Source: Rhynchobatus australiae
Taxonomy: Eukaryota
Reading direction: 5' to 3'
Length of the DNA stretch: 64,000 nucleotides
Assembly (NCBI GenBank): GCA_034780895.1
Contig: JAUZTB010000083.1
Location: forward strand, 9,275,556-9,339,555
Position numbers and translations under genes: made by a program. The notes beneath the pieces are model-generated. The model saw nothing but the letters and a program-made list of their open reading frames with translations. It ran no database searches and was not told the origin of the DNA. Below, one piece after another: positions 1 through 12,503 of this stretch (the first letter of the stretch is position 1; each line of letters opens with the position of its first letter).

Positions 1-404
1 TGGACAGTTGATGGTTTGACCCGAAACATCAACTGTCCCTTTCTCTCCATAGATGCTGCCTGACCCACTAAGTTCCTCCACCGCCTTTGTGTGTTGCTCC
101 AGATCTCTAGCATCTGCAGGCTCTTGTGTCTCCAATAAAAGGCTCGTTATGTTGCACACACATTACTGTTGATAAAGAGTAGAGGTCTCATGCAGTAATC
201 AGCAAATCATCCTGACCCAGAAAAAGTACTGAGCTGAGTTAGCATGGAATGGCACAGACCCATCTGATTACTTTAGTAGAATATGCACCCCATCTTAGGT
301 AGGGGTTATAGTTGAGCCCCATTGGGCTTAGGTCAGGTAGCCAGCTGTAATTACATTGGCATGTATTTAAATGAAAGGATTTGACAAGTGGGGTCCCACG
401 AGAA

Positions 405-640
405 TGTATGTTGGGTGTAGCAGTTAGCGTAACACTATTACAGTGCCAGCAACCTGGGTTCAATTCTAGCCACCGTCTCTAAGGAGTTTGTACGTTCTCT
501 CTGTGTCTGCATGGGTTTCCTCTGGGTGCTCCGGTTTCCTCTCGCGTTCCAAAGATGTACCGGTTCGGAAGTTGTGGGCATGTTATTTTGGCACCAGAAG
601 TGTGGCGACACTTGTAGGCTGCCCCCAGAACATTCCATGC
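405..640 (+). mobile_element. tRNA-derived V-SINE (HE1-like)
   Basis: A/B-box-like head (gtagcagttagcg...gggttcaattc) and V-domain core ggagtttgtacgttctc...tgggtttcctctgggtgctccggtttcctc. Further + copies at about 5101-5250, 30290-30365, 60862-60960, 61222-61510 and 62975-63120. Confidence 0.8.
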
Positions 641-944
641 TTATCTAATAACTGCCTTGCTTATGTTCAGCTTAGATGATGATAGAAAGCCATAGGTTGA
701 GGTTTGCTGGTGATAGTGGGCATTGTGAGTGGTGTTAATGAATGCTGAAATTATGAAGGGATAGTAACAGAGTGAGTAAACAGGCAAACACATTCCAATT
801 CCAGTAAATATGCGCTGATCAACAAAGGTGGGAGCAGAGTGCATTCTAAATTCTGTAAATCCCTGCACGCTGGTGGCCCAAAGAGACTTGTGGGTCGTGG
901 GGCTGGTATGCAATTAAAATGTTGTTGATAATAAAATATCTGTA

Positions 945-1790
945 CAGAGACGTGAGACTGCAGATGCTGGAATCTGTAGCAACAAACAAGGTGCTGGAGG
1001 AACTTGGGTCAGGCAGCATCTGTGTAGGGAAGTGAACAGTCAATATTTCGGGTTGAGACCCTTCACCTGGACTGAAAGGTGGAGGGGAGAGAGCCAGTCG
1101 AAAAAGGNNNNNNNNNNNNNNNNNNNNNNNNNNNNNNNNNNNNNNNNNNNNNNNNNNNNNNNNNNNNNNNNNNNNNNNNNNNNNNNNNNNNNNNNNNNNN
1201 NNNNNNNGACCCTTCACCTGGACTGAAAGGTGGAGGGGAGATAGCCAGTATAAAAAGGTGAGGGGAAGGTGTGGAGCAAGCAAGCGATAGGTGGGTCCAG
1301 GTGATAGGCAGATGGGGGGGAAGGGGGGGTAAGAGTGGAAATAGTGACAGCTGGGAGGTGATAGGTGGAGGCGACAGAGTTGAAGATGGAATCGGAGAGG
1401 AAGGTGGTGTATGGAATTGCGTAACAGAGGTGGGGAGGACAGATGGAAACAGTGGGGGAGGGGACCCAATAGAAGGAGAGTGTAGGTGATTGGCAGATGG
1501 AGTGGGTGGAGGAGGGGAAAGAAACAGGTTGATGGCGGCTGGGGTGAGTGTAGGGAAAAACTGGGTAGATCAGGAAGACAGAGAAGAGGAACAGAGGGGA
1601 GCAGTTTACCTAAAAGTGGAAAATTCAATCTTCATGCTGTCGGGTTAGAGACTCTCTGGGGAAAACGAGGTGCTGTTCCTTTAGTTTGTGCTTAGCCTCA
1701 CCATGGTAGTGGAGGAGGCAGAGGACAGATGTTGGTGCGGGAATGGGAAGGGGAATTAAAATGGCTTGCAACTGGGATAAATATCTGGAA
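945..1790 (-). mobile_element. Penelope-like retroelement 3' fragment (GIY-YIG C-terminus, pyrimidine-rich 3' region, pLTR)
   Basis: The minus strand reads, with frameshifts, PVASHFNSPSHS...HGEAKHKLKEQHLVF, typical of the C-terminus of Penelope/Poseidon ORFs. It is followed by the terminal repeat gaagggtctcaacccgaaa...cagatgctgcctgaccc. Confidence 0.75.
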
Positions 1791-1889
1791 ATATCTATAA
1801 ATATCTGGAAGACTAATGGAATGCTGGCTTTTATAGTTAGAGGTTACATGGGGTAGAAGTTCAGCTACAGCTATCCTACCTACTGGGTA

Positions 1890-2285
1890 CAAAACAGAAA
1901 ATGCTGGAAAAACTCAGCAGGTCACACAGAATCTGGAAAGAGAAACAGTTTGTGTTTCAGGACTGAGAGCCTTCATCAGGACAGGCTCTCCTGTTGTTCC
2001 AACTCCGCCACATTTTCACCATCCCTTCTGATCTTCCCCTCTCTGATCCCGAACGATCAGTCCTTAGCTTCATCCTCCAATGACCTTGCCTTAATGAATT
2101 CTGATCCCATTAAACTGTCCTTTCACCGCCTCCATGCCCATGAAAGAGCCAGTTGTGATGAATGGTCTCTGACTGAAGCATTAACTCTATTTCTCTCTTC
2201 ACAGATGCTGTCTGACCTGCTGAGTGTTTCCAGCATTTTCTGGTTTTTATTTCATATTTCCAGAATCTGCAGTTTTTTCAGTTTT
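1890..2285. mobile_element. Palindromic Penelope-like pLTR remnant
   Basis: Inverted arms atgctggaaaaactcagcaggtca...gaaacag / ctatttctc...tgacctgctgagtgtttccagcat. Related copies at 1-135, 4130-4290, 5812-6007, 7895-8080, 11890-12015, 22340-22400, 33022-33186 and 56610-56720. Confidence 0.65.
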
Positions 2286-2361
2286 CATTTTCTGACTCTG
2301 GGTTAGCAGGTTCAATTCTGGGCATAGCTGTTAGAAAGAATATATTGGCCTTGGAAGAAGT

Positions 2362-3689
2362 ATAGGCAGTCCCGGGGTTATAACAGGGTTCTGTTCCTGA
2401 GAACTGTTCATAACTAAACTGTTTGTAAATCAGAAATCGGAGAGGGTCACATGAAGCTTTTATATTCCCAGGCCAAACTTGTGCTCTTTCAACTGCTGGA
2501 GCCACACCAGAAAACAAACAGGAGAAAATTTATTGGCAGCAGATTTCCAGCAAACAACCCATTGGGAACTAGCAAATTTGCAAAAGACAAATAACCACAC
2601 AAATTATGGGCCACTGAGCTTGTAGAATGGCTAACCCAGGCTGTGTCAAAACAACACTACACTAAATCACTGAATCCCAACCTTAATTATTACCTTTTTT
2701 CCTTCTGTGGTTTGTCTCTCATTTCAGTAGTTTATTTATTGATCTGGATGCTTCTGCTTTTAAATCAAACAGCCGAGATTGATCTGGAATTGATACTATC
2801 ATGCATTTACTTCCAGCCGCAGGATATAAAAAAAGTAGCATAACAGTGTCAGGTGATCTCGGTGAATTGGGTTCACTCCTTTTCATTGTCACAATTCACA
2901 ATCCAATTCGCCCATCACCCCTGAGTTTCTGACCAAGTTGACTCCAGGTCTGTAGACATCATAAATTTAACGTTCAAAAGACCTTCCTGACTCCCTCCCC
3001 AGCAGACCTGTAGTGTCCTTAAGCCCCACAGTTTTCCGAGAACTAGCTATTCCTCCACTTCTGATCTCTTGTACTTCCCTAACTATTTTCTTTAACATTT
3101 CCAAAATCTTCCTCCTCTTTCTCCCTTAACCATAGAACCACAGAACAATACAACACAATACAGACCCTTCGGCCCACCGTGTTGTGCCACCCATCTAACC
3201 ACACTTCACACCATCTAACCCTTTCCTCCCACATATCCCTCTATCCCACACNNNNNNNNNNNNNNNNNNNNNNNNNNNNNNNNNNNNNNNNNNNNNNNNN
3301 NNNNNNNNNNNNNNNNNNNNNNNNNNNNNNNNNNNNNNNNNNNNNNNNNNNAACTGTTCATAACTAAACTGTTTGTAAATCAGAAATCGGAGAGGGTCAC
3401 AGACAGCTGTGAAGTAAGAGCGAGCAGGCATGGGAAGAGCAGCGGTCAGCCAATCTCACTGACTCAGTGAGTCTGCTCAGTGCTTCCAGCTCTGCTCAGT
3501 TTGACCCAGTCCCTGATTGTTGCAGATCGGGAGTGGGGAGAAAAGGCCTGCGGAAATGCCCCGTTACCACCTGATGGAAGATGCCTGCAGCCCTGTGGGA
3601 ACTGCAAATTCATCCCGATCCATCCTACTGGTCTCCCAAACCTTGGGGTGTCCATAAGTCAGAGGTTTGTAACTCAGTGAGGGTCTGTA
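2362..3689. mobile_element. Tigger/Tc1-mariner-like non-autonomous DNA element, interrupted, inserted in a CR1 fragment
   Basis: Ends ta-ggcagtcccggggttataacagggttctgttcctgagaactgttcataac ... gtccataagtcagaggtttgtaactc...ctg-ta resemble degenerate Tigger-type terminal inverted repeats bounded by TA. CR1-like sequence continues on both sides. Confidence 0.5.
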
Positions 3690-5811
3690 GTGGATAAATT
3701 AAACACTGACTGGATTTGGATGTTGCCTGGACTCCAGGGATTAAATTATAGAGTGACTGCACAAACTAAACTGTGCTCTCTGGAATTTGACTATTAAGAG
3801 GTAATTTGATCAGACTGTTCAGCATATTGAAGGTAACTGATAGGGTGGATGGAGGGAAACTTGTTCTGCTGGTTGGGAATCTAGAACTGTCTAAAAAAAA
3901 TTAATGCCTGGCAGTTTGGGGGCAAAGTTAGGAAAGACTTGTGCACACTATGGCAGAAATATTGATCTCTACTCCAGAAACAGCAGTTGATGTTAAGTCA
4001 GCTGTTAATACTAAATCTGAGATTTAGGTTTTTGTTAAGAGAGTATTAAATATGAGGAAAAGATGTATGGATTTTTGTTACCAATGTCACTGAATGGCAA
4101 AGCAAGCTTGAGTTGAATGACAGTTCGAGATGGCAGATGCTGGAGGAATCAGTGGTTCAGGCAGCATCTGTGGAGGAAATGGACAGTCAATGTCTGGACT
4201 CGGGTGAAGGGTCTCAATGCAAAACACTGACTGTCCATTTCCCTCCATAGATGCTGCCTGACCCACTGAGTTCCTCCAGCATTTTGTGTTGAGTTGAATG
4301 ACCTGTTGCCAGGAGAGAATGTCAACATGGTTTGAGTCAACTTTCTCCCATCACTGTAGTTCCAAAGTTGTTGTTCAATAACTATTTCCACGTGCTGGAA
4401 TCTAGTCTATTGGTCTAGCAAGCTGAGGCACTGTTTGAAGTTAGGGGGATTGGTGGGCTCCTTGACCAGACCTCTTTGCAAGCAGCCACTTTTCCAGCAA
4501 CAATTCATGGGTTAAACTGATCTCAGCCCTTCTGAACCGCTACTGAGACCAATTGAATCAGTACGGCGTGGGCATTGTACCTTGTACTTTTTGAAGGGAG
4601 ACGCGGGGTAGGGATGATGGGAGGAAGCTCTCCGTGTTCCTAGCAGTTTTATCTGTAGAAATAGCCAAACCCCACCCCCCACTCTGTGGGAGATTTAACG
4701 AGAAACATTTGCATTTCTAAAGTGCCTTTAATCTGAGGCTCTTTGCAGGATAGGCTTGAGAAAGCATGTGCTGAACCAAAAAGAATAATTAGGCATTGGT
4801 TGAAAACTGGAAGAGGATTTGGGGATGTTTTGGAGACTTATAGGAAGGTCAAACAGGAGAGAGTGGAAGCTGAGCCTCCCGCTAACAGTGCAGTGAAGGA
4901 AGGTGGGATTCACTGAAGAACCATGAAGGGAAAAAATGGGGGAGGTGCAAAGATTGGCAGGGGTAATTCCCTGCAGGAATTTGAGGCAAACATTTTTATT
5001 TTGAGTAATGGATAACCAAAGTGAAGACCTGCAGAAGCATTTGCAGAGATGTTAAACTTGGCTCCTAAACTTGGTAGATTTTCCTCAAAAATGTACTTTG
5101 TGGGGTGGCATGGTAGCGTAGTGGTTAGCATGACACTATTACAGCACCAGTGACCTGGGGTCGTTTCCCGCTGCTGCCTGTAAGGAGTTTGTATGTTCTC
5201 CCATGTCTGTGTGGGTTTCCTCCGGGTGCTCCGGTTTCCTCCCACATTCCNNNNNNNNNNNNNNNNNNNNNNNNNNNNNNNNNNNNNNNNNNNNNNNNNN
5301 NNNNNNNNNNNNNNNNNNNNNNNNNNNNNNNNNNNNNNNNNNNNNNNNNNNNNNNNNNNNNNNNNNNNNNNNNNNNNNNNNNNNNNNNNNNNNNNNNNNN
5401 NNNNNNNNNNNNNNNNNNNNNNNNNNNNNNNNNNNNNNNNNNNNNNNNNNNNNNNNNNNNNNNNNNNNNNNNNNNNNNNNNNNNNNNNNNNNNNNNNNNN
5501 NNNNNNNNNNNNNNNNNNNNNNNNNNNNNNNNNNNNNNNNNNNNNNNNNNNNNNNNNNNNNNNNNNNNNNNNNNNNNNNNNNNNNNNNNNNNNNNNNNNN
5601 NNNNNNNNNNNNNNNNNNNNNNNNNNNNNNNNNNNNNNNNNNNNNNNNNNNNNNNNNNNNNNNNNNNNNNNNNNNNNNNNNNNNNNNNNNNNNNNNTAAA
5701 GTGCAGATGGTATTTTAGAACTTTAGCTCCACTTCATTTGAAATCCTGTATCAAAGTATTAACTTTTTTGTCCCTGTACTGCCAGCTCTTGGCTAACAGC
5801 ATTTAATTCTG

Positions 5812-6007
5812 GACTAAAACAATCTGCTGAAGGAATTTGGGTCGAGCGGCATCTGAGGGAGGAAAGGAATTGTTGACGTTTTGGGTCAAAACCCTGCATC
5901 GGGATCTGAAACGTCAACAATTCCTTTCCTCCCACAGACGCTGCTTGACCCGCTGAGTTCTCCAGCAGACTGTTGCTCCAGATTCCAGTATTTGTAGCCT
6001 CTTGTAT
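5812..6007. mobile_element. Palindromic Penelope-like remnant with 15-bp flanking direct repeat
   Basis: Hairpin arms (ggaggaaaggaattgttgacgttt / aaacgtcaacaattcctttcctcc) flanked by cagcatttaattctg at 5797-5811 and 6008-6022. Confidence 0.75.
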
Positions 6008-6040
6008 CAGCATTTAATTCTGAACTTCTGTGTTTTTCAG

Positions 6041-6110
6041 TGTTGTAAAGGAAGAGATCTCTGATGACAACGCAAAGTTGCCCTGTTTCAATGGCAGGGT
6101 GGTGTCCTGG
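6041..6110 (+). CDS. DVL2: DVL2 exon 2 (end of DIX domain)
   Basis: tttttcag|T GTT GTA AAG...TCC TGG|gtaaga; translates [23 protein letters not shown]. Confidence 0.96.
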
Positions 6111-6369
6111 GTAAGACGTCTTTTTTTCTGAAGATCCTTCATCTAAAATCTCCATCCTTTGTAATTTGGCATTCTGTGTCCAGATATGGAGTTAAGTTTG
6201 GGGAGGGTTTGAGGATGGAGAGAAAGAGAAGGGGTGGGCAAGGGAATAATAACTTGATCTATGAAAGGACAACGTGTAGCCTGTATTAGTAGTGGGTCGT
6301 GTTTTAGATTATGCGCTGTCCTCTTCTCTTTGGGATTGTTGCTTCCTTGATCCCCATTTTGTGGACATA

Positions 6370-6700
6370 CTTTGAATTTAGTACGGCACAGGAGCCCACG
6401 GTGTCTGTACCGAGCATGATGCCAAATTAAACTTCATCCCTTCTGCCTGCAAGTGTTCCATATCCCTCCATAACCTGCATGTTCATGTGCCTATCTAAAA
6501 GCCTCTTAAACACCACTATCGTATCTGCTTCCACCACCTCCCCTGGCAGCCCATTCCAGGTGTATATGTATGTATGTGTGTGTGTGTATAATATATAAAT
6601 CCCTCTCCCTCTCACCTTAAATCTAAGCCCTATAATATTTGAAATTTCTACCTTGGGGAAAAGATTCTGGCTGGCTAGCCTATCTGTGCCTCTCAAAAAC
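6370..6700 (-). mobile_element. CR1 LINE 3' fragment
   Basis: The minus strand reads ...NLFPKVE...FKVRG...WNGLPGEVVEADTIVVFKRLLDRHM, the CR1 ORF2 C-terminus. Similar minus-strand fragments at about 11035-11290, 11720-12090, 19965-20520, 21550-22175 and 31130-31500. Confidence 0.85.
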
Positions 6701-9014
6701 TGTCTTAACCCAAAAACTATCTTGATGCAGTTGGAAAAAAAAATAATTTCTGCATGGTAATCGATATCACTTTCAGTTGTGTGTATATATACTATAATGT
6801 GGTAACGAGGGAATACTGCTACGCGTTTAATTGACTTTGCTGATTCATGAGACTAAAATGTCTTATCTGGCAAGTGAAAATTCCATGGGACCAAACTAAT
6901 TTCAGCTCCTTGCTGTGAACAAAAAAAGTTGAGAAATTTGCTATTGTGGTATTAATCATGCTTTTGAGCCATTTTGTTATATGTTGAATCTTTTCTCACT
7001 GCGTAATGGCTCCACTGTTGTGACAGTGAGTACTTCCTCAGTGATTAGAGAGGTCCCTGCTCCCATCCATCCCACCCTGACTGCTGCCTAGCTTGCTCTG
7101 GGTCACGATCTCAAGCAGCACTTCATTTGGCCAGCATTCTTGTGATGGGAAGGAGTGGTTGCATGCTAGCCAAGATCTCCTCCGCTGACAGTAATGGAGA
7201 GCTCCTGCTGTAATTTTGTGGCCAAGCACAGAGAGTGATTCAGCTGTAAAGCAGCCACGCAGTTGGTTCTTCGAGTCTGATGGACCTTTTGCAGGGGGCA
7301 TGTGTTCATGAAGCAGGAGACACGGCAGAGGGAAGATTGTTGCCAGAGTGTCCCTTGAGTGTCGAGAATCTTGGCAAAGTTGTGAAGTAAAATGTAGTTT
7401 ACACAGTTCAGCCAGTAAGCCCTTCTCCTTGTTAACTGTCTTGTTCCTTCATTGAGAAGGACACATTACAATCTTTGAGGGGTTAAATCAGCAGGGCCCA
7501 TTATTAGTCGTCCTGGCTGAGTGCCTGTGCAAGTTGTTTCCTTTGGGATGGTAATTAAGGAAACAATCATCTCTCAGATGGGAAACAGCTGTTGCAGAAC
7601 AGAAGGATTGCGTGGTGTTTTGGTGTTACCATCTATTGTAATGGTTTCAGCTGGTAGGGTTATTACAGGAAGCTGTTTGCTCAGTATCGTCGCGTACATG
7701 TGTTGCTGTACGATCCCTTTTAATTTCAGTAACTGCTCTTTGTCAAAAGGCTGAGTGCTCGCCTGTCAGATGAGAAGAGGCACCGTTGAGGCCTGCCACA
7801 TGCCACAGTCTGGGTGTAACCTGCATCAGCTCTTGGAATATGCCAGGCCTGTCTGTACTGGGACAAGCATGGAAAGCAAAAACCTGCAGCTACTGTAAAT
7901 CTGAACTAAAAACAGAACATCCAGGAAACACTCAACAGGTCAGGCAGCACCTGTGGAGAGGGAACAGTTAACGTTTCAGGTCAATGATTGAGCTCCAATG
8001 AAAGGTCATAGACTTGAAGCATTAACTCTGTTTCTCTCTCCTAAGCTGCTGCCTGATCTGCTGAGTATCCCCGGCATTTTTAACTGGTTAAACATGACTG
8101 ATATTTTCCTGAGTGGGAAACAGAGTGGAAGTGAATCTGATGTGAAGGTGGAGTACATGGTGTCACTTTCCTATCCACCAATCACAGCCACAGACAATTA
8201 ATATAGCCCTCAATGTATTTCTCTTGAATTCTGGAGCATCTATTCCTACTATTTCCTTTTATACCATGTCACATCTGAAGCCAGCTGATGCACGTAATCC
8301 AGCAGAGGGGATCAACCAGGGTGTTGCTGCAGTTGTGGAGTTAAATAAGTAAGGTTGCCTTGGCTGTTGTTTTTTTTCTCCCCTGTAGAAAAGAGGTTGA
8401 GAGCCATTTAGTTCTGGTGTCTAAAACTGAGAGGCATTGGGCCAATGGAATAACCAGGAGATGTAGATTGAAAGTGTCAGGTTAGTGGGGAGTTCAGGAA
8501 ATGTTTTTCACCCAAATGGTGGACCTTACTACCTGAAAGGTTAGATACACTGACCACTTTCAAAAGGTACCTGGACAAGAACCAAAAGAACTGAACTGTA
8601 GCCTGCCAGAACGGACCAAGAACAGGGAAATGGGATCGGGCGCATCTTTTGGCTGCTGAGCAAGATGGGCTGAATGGCCTCCTATAAATTGTTATGATTG
8701 CACCAAGGCTGAATCTTAATATGGTTTGTGTAGGGACTGGATGTGGTCACTGGATAACAATCAACTTTGACTTTTCTGTCTCCCTTCCTTTCTGGGAAGT
8801 GAGAACGATTGTATTGGCTGAGATTAACAAACCACATGGAACCCAGGTGCCTGAGGGTTGTTGGCACAGTTGTTTTCTTGAGGAATGTAACTAGAAAGCT
8901 GCTACATTAATCTTTAATTCCTGTGTAGGTAGTTTGTGTATGAACAGATCTATGTTNNNNNNNNTCTGTGGCCATTGTTTACCACTTCATAAATTTTCTC
9001 TTTTATTCCCATAG

Positions 9015-9136
9015 TTGGTGTCTGCTGAAGGGTCGCAGTCAGAACCTGTCTCTCACCCGGTTAGCAATGTGGCTGAAGTGCCCCCTCCGATAGAGAGGAC
9101 GGGTGGAATTGGAGATTCAAGACCCCCTTCCTTCCA
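9015..9136 (+). CDS. DVL2: DVL2 exon 3
   Basis: cccatag|TTG GTG...TTC CA|gtgagt; LVSAEGSQSEPVSHPVSNVAEVPPPIERTGGIGDSRPPSF(H). Confidence 0.95.
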
Positions 9137-9949
9137 GTGAGTGAAGTTGTCAGTTTATTAACCATGGCACTGAGATAGGTTTTCTGTGCATTGTGTATTG
9201 TTCAGCACTGAAAAGGCCAAAATATGTGGCACAGGATCAGCACTCCATCCACCCAGTGACCTGTAGGTTTCAGAAGACTGTACATTTACTGGGAGACGGA
9301 TCTCTGGTTCCTCTGCGGTGAATCTCCCAGGGTTTTCAGTGAAACATGATGGTGCTCTTTTCATTACAGTTGCAAATAAACCAATTGGCATAATGAACTT
9401 GGCTAGCTTGGGTCCTGTGTGGGGAGAGTATTTTGAACAGTGCAAGAGCAGACTGGAGTAGCTACTGGGATCAGTGTATGAGCTTTCGTTGAAGCAGTGT
9501 CCCTCCCCATTGTGCCCATGCAGCAGGGTCGCAGATGAAGTTACTGACCACAGGAGTCTTGGCTTGAGTCTAACAAACAGAATCGACTAACAGTGTGAGC
9601 ATAGTACACTCAGATTCCAGAGAAGGAGGCGTCACTTAGTGTTTTAATATCGACAGTTGGGTGGAGTAAATGCCTGGCATCCTCCACTAAAGTGATAATT
9701 CACTACAGCCTGACCATGGGTCAAAGCAGTCATTGCAGAAGGGCTTTTTAAAGGAAAGCTTTGTGTTTTAAGCAAGTTATAGGTTGCTGTGAACATGCAG
9801 CTAAATACAGAAATGATCAGAAAAGATGGGTGTTGAATATTAGATGAAGGGTTTTGTTTGAGAGTCTCCATCTTTTGGCTATGCTTTGTGTTCCTATTCC
9901 CAGTGTGGCTTCTCCTGGAAGTGGTGTGATGCTTTTCTTGCTCTTGCAG

Positions 9950-10056
9950 TGCAAACGTCACTGGAAGTCGGGAAAATTTGGACAATGAGACGGAGACGGA
10001 GTCTGTGGTCCTGTCACGGAGAGAGAAACCTCGGCGCAGAGAGAGTATGGACCATG
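9950..10056 (+). CDS. DVL2: DVL2 exon 4
   Basis: cttgcag|T GCA AAC...CAT G|gtaaga; [35 protein letters not shown]. Confidence 0.95.
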
Positions 10057-10442
10057 GTAAGAGGAGAGTGTGGTGGCCTTGGGGATGCTGTGACCAAAGC
10101 TGCCATTGCAGAAGCAGTAACACCAGAAATTATTTGTGTCTAAGCTGTGAGCTTGGTGAAGCTGCCAAATGCCTGAATAGGGATGGTGCAAACACTTGTC
10201 ATTTTTAAGGCACTTCAACGTCATTGATAGGGCCAAGAAATGGCCGTCCAGTTCCTCTGTAGACCTTGGTCACTGCACTGTGTGGTATGGCTTAGTCTTA
10301 AAGCTTCAAGCAACACTCTCATCCTGAGTTAGAGATGGTATTTTTTTCTGTAATTAGATTTTGGAAACAAGCAATGAAATACTTTTGATTACTGTTACTC
10401 GGTGTCTGTATTGCAATTAAGAAATGTGTTCTGCCCTCCCAG

Positions 10443-10572
10443 GTCCCAGAGTTAACGGACACCCCAAGATGGAGCGCCATCTTGCAGGCTACGAGAGTTC
10501 ATCCACACTCCTGAGCAGTGAGCTGGAGACAACCAGTTTCTGTGATTCGGATGAGGACGATGCAGCCAGCAG
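10443..10572 (+). CDS. DVL2: DVL2 exon 5
   Basis: ctcccag|GT CCC AGA...AGC AG|gtagac; [43 protein letters not shown](R). Confidence 0.95.
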
Positions 10573-12412
10573 GTAGACCCTTCTGATGTCCTCCAAAGGT
10601 CCTTAATAGAACTTCCTCAGATCCTCGTCAGAATGCAAGGAACCACGTTCTGAGAAGCAGTATTTCTCTCGCCTCCTGTTTTAGTGTATTGCCTCTGTAG
10701 CTCCCTCAGTCCCTAGCCAGGTTTTCTCCGTCACGTCAATCACAACTTGCCCAACCTTACCCATCTTGTTCCTGCAGAGCTCTGCAAATCCTGCCTCAGC
10801 TGCTGCTCCTCCCATTCTAGGTCTGAAATTGAGCTGCCACACAGTCTCCCACCTGAACTTGCTTGTTCCAGTGTCTCAGAGCAGTGAGACTCCTTTGCCT
10901 GTTCTTCTGTGCCCGCGCAGGATTTCCTGATCCATGACTCATCACCCCCAGCCTGACGTACCTTGTCTCTTCTCTCTCTCCTCAGCTTTGATAATACTCT
11001 AAATTGTGAGCTTTGATCCATTACCTCAGTATCAAGAACATGAGAAATAGGAGCAGGAGCAGGACCAGGCCATTCAACCTTTCAAGCCTGCCCTGCCCTA
11101 CAATAAGATCATGGCTGATTTACCTCAGCTACATTTTCCAGCTCTATCCTCATGTCCCTGATTCCTCTTAAGATCCAGAGCTCTGGCAATTGGCTGTCCT
11201 CTGGGGTAGAGAATTCCAAATATTCGCCACCAACCAAGTGAAGAAATTCCTTATTTCACTCTTGAGTGACCTATTTCCTATTTTGTGGCNNNNNNNNNNN
11301 NNNNNNNNNNNNNNNNNNNNNNNNNNNNNNNNNNNNNNNNNNNNNNNNNNNNNNNNNNNNNNNNNNNNNNNNNNNNNNNNNNNNNNNNNNNNNNNNNNNN
11401 NNNNNNNNNNNNNNNNNNNNNNNNNNNNNNNNNNNNNNNNNNNNNNNNNNNNNNNNNNNNNNNNNNNNNNNNNNNNNNNNNNNNNNNNNNNNNNNNNNNN
11501 NNNNNNNNNNNNNNNNNNNCTAAATTGGAGGCCGAGCCTACTCGTATGACTAACCTCCCATCCAGGAACCAGCCAGAGCAAAACCAGCTTGTTACACTCA
11601 CTCTGTGGCAAGTAAATCCTCCTTTAGGTAAGGAAGCTACAACAATACTCCAGGTGATCTTTTACCAAGGCCCTATGTAATTGTAGTAGTAAGATGCCTT
11701 TACTGTTGTACTCTGTGTCATAGACTCAGTCATACAGACCGTTTGCCCATCTGGTCCATGCTGATCAAATCCCCATCTCAGTTTTTGGCCTATAACCCTC
11801 TAAACCTTTCCCATCTGTGTACCTGTCCAAGTGTCTTTTAACTGTTATTATTGTACCGACCTCAGCCACTTGAGATGCATACCGGCCTTAGCCCAGATGA
11901 AGGGTCTCGACCCGAAATGTCAACTGTTCCCTCCATGGGTGCTGCTGGGCCCACTGAGTTCCTCCATCACTTTTTCTGCTGCTCCAGATTCCAGCATCTG
12001 TAGTCTCTTGTGACTCTGTGTCAGGTTCCTATTAAATCTTTCCCCTCAACTTAAACCTAAGCCCTCTAGTACTCGATTCCCCAACCTTTGGCGGGGGGGG
12101 GGGGGGGGGGGGCGCAGAAATGGGGACTGTAGTGTACAATTGAGGGGCGGAATGATGCAGGTGTGAAGGGTTGATGATCCTGTCTGATGTAAACTGGAGG
12201 AGATGAACGAGAGAAGGATGGTGTTGGAACTTAGTTATAAACTGGAGAATTATACCCTAGCAACACCTGGTGTTTGGGGAGGTGATGGGGTGGTGGGGAG
12301 ATGGAGAAAGACAGCGAGGTATCTGACAGTGTCATGGAAACTTCTAGAAAGACTAAAGCCATTTTGCAGCGTGGGTGAAGTTCCTGGACTGTGTTTGATC
12401 TTCTCTCCCTAG

Positions 12413-12503
12413 GTTCAGTAGCTCCACCGAACAAAGCAACACTTCCCGGATTCTGAAACGTCACCGGCGCAGACGGAAGCAGCGGCCCCCACGCCTCGAG
12501 CGT
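12413..12503 (+). CDS. DVL2: DVL2 exon 6 (basic region)
   Basis: tccctag|G TTC AGT...GAG CGT|gtaaga; [30 protein letters not shown]. Confidence 0.96.

Noticed and set aside
405-480. tRNA-like A/B boxes
   Set aside because: These are heads of V-SINEs followed by the SINE core, with no complete cloverleaf.
1058-1258. Direct repeats across N gaps (also 23100/23228 and 29034/29073)
   Set aside because: Overlapping contig ends on either side of unsized gaps are typical assembly artefacts, not biological duplications.
846-1628. 260-aa minus-strand ORF
   Set aside because: It is the pyrimidine-rich 3' region of a Penelope-like element read through an N gap.
12090-12113. Poly-G run in DVL2 intron 5
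   Set aside because: A simple homopolymer at the end of a CR1 fragment, with unreliable length and no evidence of function.
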